Shown: positions 1 through 8,296 of the stretch, in pieces
Position numbering within the stretch: the first letter of the stretch is position 1
Layout: each line of letters starts with the position of its first letter
Source of the DNA: an uncultured Gammaproteobacteria bacterium
GTDB taxonomy: Bacteria; Pseudomonadota; Gammaproteobacteria; UBA9214
Assembly (NCBI GenBank): GCA_963773065.1
Contig: CAVYZN010000013.1
Location: 1-14,570, forward strand
Direction: 5' to 3'
DNA: 14,570 nucleotides
Position numbers and translations under genes: made by a program
Notes under the pieces: generated by a model
The model's database searches: none
The model's input: only the letters and a program-made list of their open reading frames with translations
What the model was told of the DNA's origin: nothing

Positions 1-226
1 GAAGGGCGTTACGGCTGACATCAATCAAACCGCCACGACGCCAGGAAAAAACAATTGAATTGAAACAAGGGACCCGTGTTTTCCCAGGTAATAACTGAAA
101 AACATCTAAAAAGAAAACCAGGCCGCAGGAAGGAGCTGGTTTAGTTCATGCCCAGAAAGTCTTCACCAAGGGACAACGATCCCATATTGGTCCGCAAGCT
201 GCGCAAGGGCACATTTTGTCTGGTGA

Positions 227-1235
227 TCAAGCGTGATGCCGCTTTTCAGGGATCTTATAGGCACCCCAGCGTACTTCGCCGGGGATTAATACATCCCTGC
301 CGGTAGATCCGTCGGCGGATGCCTTCACCCACGCAATCAGTTGCTCAACGCGCGCATGGTATTCCGCAATCGGCATCAGACGGGAGATGTCGATGGCAAG
401 CATGAAATGCCCGTTGTCGCCGCTTTCAGAAAAATTCTTGTACATCGACTTGACACCGTGGCTGAAACCCGCCCCGGTGATTACACCACTGAGTATTTCC
501 ACCATTAGTGCCAGTCCGAAACCTTTGGGCCCTCCGAAAGGCAGGAGCGGGCCTTCCCGCACTCCCTCGGAACGGTAAGGGGATTGCCTTGCCCGTCGAT
601 AGCAACATTTTCCGACAGCCTGCCTGACTTCCCTGCTCCACGATCTTCGTGACCGAGGAACCGGCCATGGCGGAGATTGTCATGTCGATCATTACGTCCG
701 TCCATCGGGTCGGGGCGCCGCAAAGGCAAGCGGGTTGGTTCCGAGCACGGGCCTGATGCCACCAAACGCCGCCACCTTCGGAAACGAATTACTCATCGTT
801 ATTCCAATCATGTTGCGTTCGGCGGCGATCTGGACGTAATAGGCGGCGGCGCCGAAGAAATTACTGTTACGTACCGCCACCGCACCCATGCCCTCAGTCA
901 TCGCGATCCCCACGGCCCTGTTCATGGCCAAGCGACCAATGTGATGACCAAGCCCCGCATCGCCGTCCAGCAGATCCAGTGCCGCTGCCCATCGGTAGAA
1001 TCTGGGGGTACAGGGGCATTTGATGAGCCCTAATGAGATCCTTCTGGCCAGGAGCGGTAACCGCCAGACGCCTTGCGTGCTCCGCCCCACCTGGTCGCAC
1101 CAGACGAGCACATCGGCCAGGCTGTCTGCCTGCAGATTTGTCCGCTCCGCAGGCGAGCGCAATCTCGCGCGTAAAGCGTCGCAGTGACCCGGGTGCAATG
1201 GCAAGTGCGTCTAGCGGCCGATGATTCTCTTCCAT
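227..1235 (-). CDS. Ldh_2-family (type 2 malate/L-lactate/sulfolactate/ureidoglycolate dehydrogenase-like) oxidoreductase, frameshifted; 3' end uncertain
   Basis: Stitched from ORFs 894-1235, 692-1204, 426-692, 505-765 and 227-562. Family motifs: DGDAGLGH, AVAVRNSNFFGAAAYY, GTNPLAFAAP, LLPFGGPKGFGLALMVEILSG, GHFMLAID, VLIPGE. Confidence 0.88.
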
Positions 1236-1242
1236 AGCCTTT

Positions 1243-2414
1243 ACGCTTCCTCTCTACCCGGGACAAGAAATTCCTGACCGCCGGCCACGGATCCGACAGG
1301 CTGAAGTATGGAAATGTCTGCCTGTGAGCAAGGCTGCGCAGCCATTGAAACCAGCCAAGCTCTCCGCGGGCGTGCAACTGCCGGAAAGCATGGATATCAT
1401 CCCTTATAAACAATAATTTCACGTTTTGCGCGTAGGAACTCACATCAGGCTGGGGCAGACCGGTCACATGGTTATAGATAATCATTGCGCTATCCATGCC
1501 CGCGCGGACCAGCAGTTCGTGTGCTTGCGTAAAGCGAACATTGCTTTCTATCACCTTCAGCTCGCCATCGCGGGGATCACGTTTGAACTCGATGTTCCCA
1601 AGCCCGCGGAAACGCATCCCTTGAAAAAAATCTTTTCCCCAACTCGGCCGTATCGGGCAGCCACTGGGTCATGTGGTATGAAGCGGGGCCTTCGTTAACC
1701 GGATACCTGCGCAGCACTCTTTTGGTGAAATGAAAGAGTGCCTGTCCGTCATGCGTGATATAGGTGTAATAACGGCTTAACTGGCTATCCGGGCCGGGAA
1801 TGAGTTCGCAGATCATTATGCGCAGTCGTTTCTCCAGCAGGGTTGCCGCCTGCTGTCGCAGTTCCTTGAAATCCGCAGGGCTAAGGTACTTTCTGTTCGG
1901 ATAGTATTGTTTAAAACAGGCGCGAATGAACCGGCTTGATAATGACTGGGTACATTACCACGTTTTCCAGGTCATCGAGATCACCCAAATGGTCAAGCTG
2001 CCAGAACCGGGGGTCTGGCAGCCCGGGGAACGCGCCCATTCAAATGTGCGTTGCTTGTCGAGCATGTCCAGGACGAGTTCGGGCACATAATCATCAAGCA
2101 GGTATAGCCTTTCGAGTTGCTGGCGATGCTTTGCCATGACTTGAAAGCGTCGTCGCCGCAAGCGAAAAGCACGTGTCCTTCAAGCGGTGAGCGATCGGAG
2201 CCGAGCAGTATTCGCCCCGGTATTCAAGTGGTGAATTATTCTTCGGCAGAGGAAATTAACCCTGGCAAAAGCGCGACAGTGGGGCCAGGCAACTCTTATC
2301 ACACGACACACGCACAGGGATGCCTTTCCTGCCGAGACTGCGGACAATCGACAAGCTGTTGGCAGCGCCCCCAAGCAGCAATACGGGCGGAGAGGAAAGG
2401 AAATGACTGCTCAC
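1243..2414 (-). CDS. ATP-grasp carboxylate-amine ligase (D-aspartate-ligase-like group), frameshifted; both ends approximate
   Basis: N-terminus PVLLLGGAANSLSIVRSLGRKGIPV (end of ORF 2256-2654), then MLDKQRTFEWA (1955-2161), ICELIPGPDSQL...KRVLRRYPVNEG (1577-1816) and GLGNIEFKRDPRDGELKVIESNVR...FSLSDPWPA (1030-1617). The EFK-x-D-x-RDG...IE-x-N-x-R segment is the ATP-grasp signature. Confidence 0.85.
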
Positions 2415-3559
2415 CGCTGCAACTCTTGCACAGCCGGCCAGCAGAGGGGCGGTCCGCTTGTCGTGCAAATATGTATTGCAGTACCAATTTACCGAATCGG
2501 GTGCCCCGGCCCGGTCAGCGACCAGATCGTGATGATTGAGTCCGGGTGTGGTATTGATTTCGTTGATGACCCCCCCGCTGTCCTGCAATGGCGTCGCCAG
2601 CGTCGGGGCGATGATGTCGACACCTGCCAACTCAAGGTTAAGCGCGGATACCAAGCGTTCACCCAGCTCTATGATCGAGGGATGAACCCTGATGTTCCCG
2701 GTGGTTCTCCCGGGAGGAGTTCTGATTGACGACGGTTTTCACCACAACGGATTCGCCGGCAGCCGGGATATAATTCAGGTGCATCCCGGCATTTCCAAGA
2801 TGATACTCTGCACTCGAGATCCGTCGTGATATGGCAGAGTGAGGTCACCGTATCGCCTTCAGCCCTGCGACGGTTCTCCGCAGCAATCAGCGTTCTAAGC
2901 GTACACCTGCCATCGCCTGTCACACGGGGAGGGTCCCTCCGCACCGCGTCGACAAATTGCCCGCCGAGATAGAGCAGCCGGTACGAATTGCCCGGTATCG
3001 GCGGTTCGACAAGCAGGTTTTTATCGTAGCCTGAAGCCCATACGGATGCGCGCCTGAGCTGACGGCGGCTGTGAACGTTGGCGGTGATCCCGTTTCCCCG
3101 CCTGTTCCCTGCATCGGCTTGATGACAACCATGGTATTGAGATGTTCCATGAACTCGGCCGCCCTGGGGATGCTGGCGAGGTCGTACACGAGATAAGGCG
3201 GCCCTTGATAGCCGGCTTCCGCCAGAAGCTTGTAGGTCAGGTGTTTGTTCCCGACAATCCGCAGACTCAAATGGGTATCCAGCATGACATGGTATCCACA
3301 GACATAGGTACTGTGTTTGCCATCGCTGATTTCCAGGATATGGTCGCCCAGTTCGCGCACCCCGTGCACCGACGGAGCAGGCGGCTGACTCCCAGTAGGA
3401 GCGATAGTACTTTTCGTACACGCGGGCGAACTTCTGCAGCAGTTGCCGATTGTTAGGGTAATATCTATGCCTGAACTTGAAGTATAGCCTCTGCATGCGG
3501 AGCAAGCGGGTAACGATGTTCTGATACATATTGATATCACTCTGTTTTAGTCCCGTCAT
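2411..3559 (-). CDS. Cyanophycin synthetase/GshF-like ATP-grasp ligase (ATP-grasp domain only, no Mur-ligase domain), frameshifted; 3' end approximate
   Basis: Stitched from ORFs 2669-3559, 2920-3540 and 2256-2654: NKHLTYKLLAEAG, VVIKPMQGTGGxGIT, YRLLYLGGQFVDAVRRDPPRVTGDGRCTLRTLIAAEN, AGVDIIAP...GGVINEINTTPGL. These resemble the CphA N-terminal ATP-grasp motifs (V-x-GDG-xx-T-I-xx-LI...EVNxxPGL). Confidence 0.82.
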
Positions 3560-3710
3560 CCTGGGAGTCTGTCCGAGTAACCATGTTGCTGCTGCGGCAC
3601 CGGGGATCTGCCGCCTCCTTATGCACAGAATATTTGGACAGGCTCCCCATGGAATGGGTGGGTGCCTCTTAATCGAGACGTCCCCCTTTTAAACGGATTG
3701 CACTAACGCG

Positions 3711-4443
3711 TCAGGGACGAAACTTCACTTGAAGGATACAACCAGCCTCTTGCAATATATCGTCTACCCATTCGTTGGAGAATACACCGCGTTTGACGTC
3801 TGCGACATACCGCTCCAGCGAGTCACGCTGTACGAAGGCACGCTTAGAATATCCTCGGCGAAGTCCAGACGCACGACGGTCAGGCCGTTGGTATCGCCGA
3901 TAATGATGTCCCCGGGGTTCACGACGATGCCGCCACAGCAAATCGGGTAGTTGATCTCGCCGGGTCCGCGGTGCAAGGGACCGATGGTGATACCCCTCGC
4001 GCATAGATCGGCAGCCCGGTCTCCTTTATTCCCGGAAGGTCACGTATCAGTCCGTCTATGACAAACGCCTGAATGCCGCGATGCCTGGCCTTGTTGGCGA
4101 CGAGATCGCCCATTACACCGTTCATCGGGGTAGCCCCCGCATCTACCACTACAATGTCCCCCGGGTGCGCGACATCGAGAGCCTTGTGCACCATCAGGTT
4201 GTCACCCGGAAAGACCTTGACGGTACAAGCGGGTCCGCAGATGGCGTCGTCGTTTACCAGGTTGTGTATCGCTGCCGACATCGTATAGAGCCTGTTCATG
4301 AGGTCTGAGATGTCAGGCGATCCAAAGCATCTAAACTGCTCTATAATGCCTGGACTCGGTCTCGCTATGACTTCACGGATGCGGAAGCCGGGACCAGGAT
4401 ACATCTCGGCGGACTTGGGCTTTTTGACGGTGCTGATAACCAT
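3711..4443 (-). CDS. RraA-family protein / 4-hydroxy-4-methyl-2-oxoglutarate aldolase-like, frameshifted
   Basis: Motifs ISDLM, GPACTV...GDNLMVHKAL...PGDIVVVD, GDLVA, VIDGLIRD, GPGEINYPICCGGIVVNPGDIIIGDTNG. ATG at 4443 with GGAGGA Shine-Dalgarno at 4451-4456. Spans ORFs 3919-4500, 3764-3976 and 3711-4004. Confidence 0.9.
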
Positions 4444-4495
4444 ATTCGAGTCCTCCATCAAACTGGGATATCTATGGCGCCCAGGGCGACCAGTT

Positions 4496-4510
4496 TGCAA
4501 AAACGATCCA
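4496..4510 (-). promoter_or_regulatory. Possible sigma-54 (-24/-12) promoter of the RraA/ATP-grasp operon
   Basis: Minus strand reads TGGATCGTTTTTGCA, one base short of TGGCA-N6-TTGCA spacing, about 53 nt upstream of the ATG at 4443. Confidence 0.3.
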
Positions 4511-4638
4511 GTAGCCTAAGCTTGTCCTCCCAGAGACATCGACGCGCTCCAGTGCACCCGAGACTGTTTCACTTCCCTCAACATTTCTAAGGAGTTGGTT
4601 ATACTCGCAGACACTATAATCAGGATGAGATTTAGACT

Positions 4639-4845
4639 TTGGTCCATGATAATACTTTGTTCTAACAAATACTCAAACTGGTCCCGGAATTCTGGTCCGT
4701 GGTACGGGCGCACCATCAGGACCAGAAACTGCGCAAAATGACCCGCTCGTCACAGTTCATCAGGCTGTGTCTGGCGCAGTTCGCGGGCCGCGTGGACCTG
4801 CGCGATGTTGTCAGCAACCTCAAGGCTCAGGCCGGCAAGCTCTAC
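4639..4845 (+). pseudogene. IS4-family transposase N-terminal remnant (DUF4372-like), with in-frame stop and truncated
   Basis: Reads LVHDNTLF*QILKLVPEFWSVVRAHHQDQKLRKMTRSSQFIRLCLAQFAGRVDLRDVVSNLKAQAGKLY, which resembles the NTLFSQIL...QF...AQL.GR.SLRD...L.AQ..KLYHLG pattern. TAA at 4663-4665; similarity ends after KLY. Confidence 0.8.
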
Positions 4846-4887
4846 CCCGAATTCCTCCCCGAGGGGATAGAAAAAGGCTGCATACAC

Positions 4888-4902
4888 TGGCATAACGGTT
4901 GT
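4888..4902 (+). promoter_or_regulatory. Possible sigma-54 promoter upstream of the oxygenase gene
   Basis: TGGCATAACGGTTGT has the correct GG-N10-G spacing but T in place of the conserved -12 C. Confidence 0.3.
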
Positions 4903-5047
4903 GCGAACAATCGGTTAAGGCAAAGAGTAGCGGCCGTCGATCACGAACGACCCTCTGATCACAATCGTGCGAAATGCCGGGGGGGTGGGAACCGCGCTTG
5001 AGTAACACCACTTCTTCAGCCATTGCAAGTACGATCAGCAGCCAGAC

Positions 5048-6037
5048 ATGAAAATATTCGATTTTTCGCCGGAGCATTATTCCAACGAGTATCAAGCGAA
5101 GGGTTTTGTCAACATTCCGAATGGCATGAACCCGTAATTTCTGGCCTATGCCAGAGATCAGGCCCACGAACTGATCGAAGCGCAAAGATCGTTGAAGGAA
5201 TGGGAGTTCAAGGGAAAGAAGCAGCAGTTCTTGTTTTCCTTTCCACGGGATTCAGACTTTCCGGACGGTGTGAAACAGGCTGTTGCCAGGGTTGCCGGGC
5301 TTTCGGAAGAACGTATGACGCTCTGTGAGCGCCACATCAAGGCATACGCCCGTACCGCCGCTGCGAATCCTACGCCCACAAGGATCGCGTTGCCTCGGAG
5401 GTCGCCGTGGGAATACCGCTGGCGGTTCCAAATGGCTCGTATATGGTCTTGTACCCCAATCATCATGTGGCGGCCAACCCTTACAACACCACGGCGTTGT
5501 CCGCAGTAGCCTTGACGAAAATGAACGGCCCGAGAACATATCGAAGGATATCGAACCCGTAAAGCTCGATATCCAGCCGGGTGACCTCGTCATGTTTCGA
5601 GGCTCCGCGATCTGGCACCAGCGCATTAACCCGGCCAACACCATGCTGCGGTATCTGAAGTTCAACGCCATGCGGCTCCATCCGATCGGGGAGGATCCCG
5701 GTACTCCGCTACAGCGCGAGAAGAAAGTCTCGGGCTCGTGCGGACCACCCCGGATGAGCAGCTTTTGCGATCGAGAATTGAAGTGTCGCCCCGTCTGGAA
5801 CGGATCAGCCGCCATTACACCCGTCTGTACTGGAAGGAAATGATCCAAGCGTATATCGGAGGCGAGAAGGAATTCACCCTGTCCGAGATCGACCTGCAGA
5901 TCTTCAGAAACATCGAGGGTGGCCAGACAGTCTCCGGCACGCTGGAGCGTGTTGGTGTCACTGGAGCGGATCAGTTGAACTATCTGCCACGTGTCCGGAG
6001 GCTGATCGCTCTGGGTGGCATAGACATTCTGTCGTAA
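5048..6037 (+). CDS. Putative 2OG-Fe(II) oxygenase (double-stranded beta-helix) with C-terminal helical extension; frameshifted, with an in-frame TAA at 5135
   Basis: Reconstructed as MKIFDFSPEHYSNEYQAKGFVNIPNGMNP*FLAYA...HIKAY...PTPHKDRVASEVAVGIPL...QPGDLVMFRGSAIWHQR...YLKFN...LIALGGIDILS. HxD (HKD) plus the distal H in PGD..F.G...WH.R fits the iron facial triad. Confidence 0.7.
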
Positions 6038-6086
6038 TCGAGGCCAATTTATGGACGTTACTGTAGCAAGGAAACCAAGGTCCGAT

Positions 6087-6220
6087 GAATAGAACTCTTA
6101 AAGCCCTTTTTCCTCGACAAGAAACGTACGGCTGGGCCTGTGGGCACCCATTGGCGAACCGACCGGTACCCGGGAAATGACGTGATCGACCAGGTGAGAG
6201 GCCGTCTCTGCCATGCGAGT
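6087..6220 (-). mobile_element. Internally deleted IS91-family remnant: ~20-codon transposase fragment joined to an oriIS-like end
   Basis: 6161-6220 encodes TRMAETASHLVDHVISRVPV, compared with RRMAETAAHLVDHV.P.VPVRQWVLS next to the IS91 zinc-binding domain. 6087-6145 is a close copy of 14494-14553 and ends ...AAGAGTTCTATTC on the minus strand. Confidence 0.7.
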
Positions 6221-6238
6221 TGTAATCGGCGGCATCGG

Positions 6239-6301
6239 AAGCAAACGGGCTGATGCCAGGTATCTCCTCGCTTTCTTGAAAAGCGCCGCTTTATCGGTCA
6301 A
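6239..6301 (-). pseudogene. HEPN-domain toxin, N-terminal 21 codons only
   Basis: (M)TDKAALFKKARRYLASARLL is a typical HEPN first helix. It directly follows an MNT gene and is cut by the IS91 remnant. Confidence 0.6.
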
Positions 6302-6628
6302 AGCCGCTATCCCTTCACGGCGGACGTTGCGCCAGAACGGTCCTTCGACGGTCTTGAGAGTGTTTTCATCGACCGGCAAGACCGAAAGCAGGACACCGTA
6401 GCGGAGGTTGAAATCCGCGATGATATCGGCGATACGATCGATTTCGCGCGACGGGCGGATTACGTCGCGCAGAATCAGCAAAAGATCCACGTCCGAGTCG
6501 GGTCGCGCCTCGCCTCGCGCTTCGGAGCCGTAAATCAAAAGGCCGCGTTAGCGGTCGCCGTAGCGCATGCGCAAAGCGGTCGAAAACTCTTGCAGGATAG
6601 AATCAAGATTGGCCCGGATTGTTGTCAT
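6302..6628 (-). pseudogene. Minimal nucleotidyltransferase (MNT) antitoxin with in-frame stop
   Basis: From ATG 6628: MTTIRANLDSILQEFSTALRMRYGDR*RGLLIYGSEARGEARPDSDVDLLLIL...PFWRNVRREGIAA. Carries the GS-x-ARG...SDVD motif. TAA at 6548-6550 sits where Leu (YGDRL) is expected. Confidence 0.85.
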
Positions 6629-6919
6629 ACCCAGTCTCTATCATTGCGCCGATCATCAATCGTGGATCGAGCTATAACCAAGGAGACGAGCTCTGCGATC
6701 CTTAATGAGTGGGGCTACCGAAACTTCAACCCTTGTGAGGCAGGAGGATAATAGTGACACATGAGCGCCCGGAGGGCTGCTGTCGCGCCCCACCGCGCCG
6801 GATCCACTGCCGTCGATCGCGACCCCACGAGGAGGTCAGGAGCACAATCCGCATCACGTTCGACGAGAAAACATCATTCGGGCACGCCTCTCCCTCTCCT
6901 TCGCCCTCCCCGGAGGGAC

Positions 6920-6968
6920 AAGGCAGTACGGCGTTAACGAAATCCCGGTGTTCCTGGCGGCTTACACA
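6920..6968 (+). repeat. Imperfect direct repeat, copy 1 (partner at 7992-8040)
   Basis: aaggca-gtacggcgttaacgaaatcccggtgttcctggc aligns with aaggcaggtacggcgttaaagttatcctggcgttcttggc; the core GTACGGCGTTAA is identical. Confidence 0.75.
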
Positions 6969-7050
6969 ACTGTCCCGTTAAGTTATATTGAAACTCAATA
7001 AAGTCATGAAAAGCTGATTACGATGTTCTTGGGTTGCAGGACATGAATAT
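6965..7050 (-). mobile_element. Probable IS4-family right-end scar
   Basis: Minus strand ends ...TAACTTAACGGGACAGTTGTG, resembling the TTAACSGGACAGNNNTG right ends I recall for DUF4372-type IS4 elements. Inner boundary uncertain. Confidence 0.4.
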
Positions 7051-7072
7051 TCTGTTGTCATAGAAGGTGAAG

Positions 7073-7203
7073 AATCCCTTCTCCCTCCGGTACTTGACGT
7101 TACCTTGTACGGGTAGAAGGTCAGGATGAGGGAATATAAAATCGAGCAATTATCCTATTAAATCACCTCACCTGCCCTTATCCTAGCCCTCTAACCGTAC
7201 CGG
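7073..7203. repeat. Degenerate palindromic REP/MITE-like element
   Basis: Arms 7107-7132 and 7175-7200 are inverted repeats (21 of 26 match) around an AT-rich 42 nt spacer, preceded by TCCCTTCTCCCTCCGG. Confidence 0.65.
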
Positions 7204-7381
7204 GCACCGCAGTGTTCTGTCCCGAGCCTGATCCTCCGTTTCCTCCGTGATGAGAGTCCCTCGTCACGGCATAAATTACAGTGCCCACCACGGCGCCGAT
7301 TGCGATGCCGGTACCCACAGCCGTGCCTTTCGAAATCGGGGCCGCTTTCTCGAGAATAATGTGACAGATTTATTTTCCGTC

Positions 7382-7711
7382 CTATTCACAACCCAACGCG
7401 GCGCAGATCGTGACTTGAGCTTGCTGGAAAGCACTTGGCGTCAGCCTGCCAAAGTGGGATGCCGCAATACGCCTATTCAGCGTGTAAAGCTTCGTGGTTC
7501 GAAGATAGCTTGGCTTGGGAAGGATACCTTCTTGAAAATCGCCCTGATAGAGCGGGAGAGCATCTTCGTGACCTGGCTGGGAGGTAATCGCGGCGGCGAG
7601 AAAGTCGCCGAAGGAATCGGCGTGTCTCAGCACCAAAACGGGACGACGCTTGCTGGTGGTAAGGTCCGTGTAGGGAAATGGAATGAGCAGGATGTCACCT
7701 GGATGCGGCAT
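7382..7711 (-). CDS. Type II toxin, PemK/MazF-family endoribonuclease
   Basis: Intact 109 aa ORF with GDILLIPFPYTDLTTSKRRPVLVL...AAITSQ...GILPKPSYLRTTKLYTL...FGRL. Confidence 0.92.
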   Translation of the reverse strand: MPHPGDILLIPFPYTDLTTSKRRPVLVLRHADSFGDFLAAAITSQPGHEDALPLYQGDFQEGILPKPSYLRTTKLYTLNRRIAASHFGRLTPSAFQQAQVTICAALGCE

Positions 7712-7899
7712 CGTTCCAGGTCTCGTCGTCGGGATTATCCCAAGTCTGGTTCATGCTGGCCATCTGCGCGGCGGAGAGATTGTCATACGGGGCCTGCTCG
7801 CGGCGGCTGCGCAGGAATTCGATAAAATCCAGAACCTCGCGCGCCAACGCATCCGGCAGGGGGTTTGACGGCTTCGTAGATTTTGTCAGCGAGTGCCAT
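7695..7899 (-). CDS. DUF2281-like antitoxin (one frameshift in the G run at 7859-7863)
   Basis: ATG 7899 with GGAGA SD. Corrected sequence MALADKIYEAVKPLPDALAREVLDFIEFLRSRR...WDNPDDETWND carries the LP...EVLDFIEFL motif and an acidic W-D-N tail. Overlaps the toxin start. Confidence 0.8.
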
Positions 7900-7991
7900 G
7901 TAATTTCTCCGTGATGTGCATTCAAGATTAGCAGGTAAGCATAGCGAAATAAACGCTGATATCCAGTCGGCACAGCAATAGACCGTAATTA

Positions 7992-8040
7992 AAGGCAGGT
8001 ACGGCGTTAAAGTTATCCTGGCGTTCTTGGCATCTACAGA
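7992..8040 (+). repeat. Imperfect direct repeat, copy 2 (partner at 6920-6968)
   Basis: Same alignment as copy 1; shared core GTACGGCGTTAA and ATCCYGGYGTTCYTGGC. Confidence 0.75.
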
Positions 8041-8068
8041 AAACCGGCCTCCCCTGACATAGCCGTGT

Positions 8069-8208
8069 CTATTTGACGACCTTGTCGTCCTTCAGCACCC
8101 CTTCCAGCCGGTCTCGCACAGCGTGGTGATCACCTTGATACGCGCATAGGCTTTGTCGTTGCCTTCTACCATGATCCATGGCGCCGCATTGGTGCTGATG
8201 TGTTCGAC
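8069..8208 (-). pseudogene. pap: Orphan 3' end of a PPK2-family polyphosphate:AMP phosphotransferase gene
   Basis: Reads VEHISTNAAPWIMVEGNDKAYARIKVITTLC(fs)RLEGVLKDDKVVK*, matching the PPK2 C-terminal pattern TST..APW..VE.NDK..AR.KVL..LC..LE. Confidence 0.75.
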
Positions 8209-8270
8209 GCGGGGAATCAAGTTGCAGGGAAGAGTTAGTGCAGAATTTTATCGAACAAACACTACAGAGC

Positions 8271-8290
8271 ACTCAAGATTGAGTATACTC
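8271..8290 (+). promoter_or_regulatory. Overlapping palindromes with a TATACT -10 box just upstream of dndC
   Basis: ACTCAA-GA-TTGAGT (8271-8284) and GAGTATACTC (8281-8290). TATACT at 8284-8289 is separated by 7 nt from ATG 8297, and no SD is present. Confidence 0.35.
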
Positions 8291-8296
8291 CCCGAA

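Noticed and set aside
2256-2654. Apparent fusion of the two ATP-grasp genes, and read-through of ORF 1030-1617 into the dehydrogenase
   Set aside because: The junction peptides look out of frame and local indel density is high, so fusion cannot be supported without corrected sequence.
3647-3661. CCATGGAATGGGTGG (and GGGTGGCAGCC at 10827-10837) matching the IS21 repeat unit
   Set aside because: Isolated short matches with no terminal TG/CA or array context; probably chance.
7178-7362. Minus-strand open frame with a glycine-rich hydrophobic stretch (GTAVGTGIAIGAVVGTVIYAVT)
   Set aside because: No start codon or SD before the hydrophobic stretch; at most a small membrane-protein fragment.
6920-8040. 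Integron cassette array around the TA genes
   Set aside because: No RYYYAAC...GTTRRRY attC pairing in the repeats and no integrase in the window.
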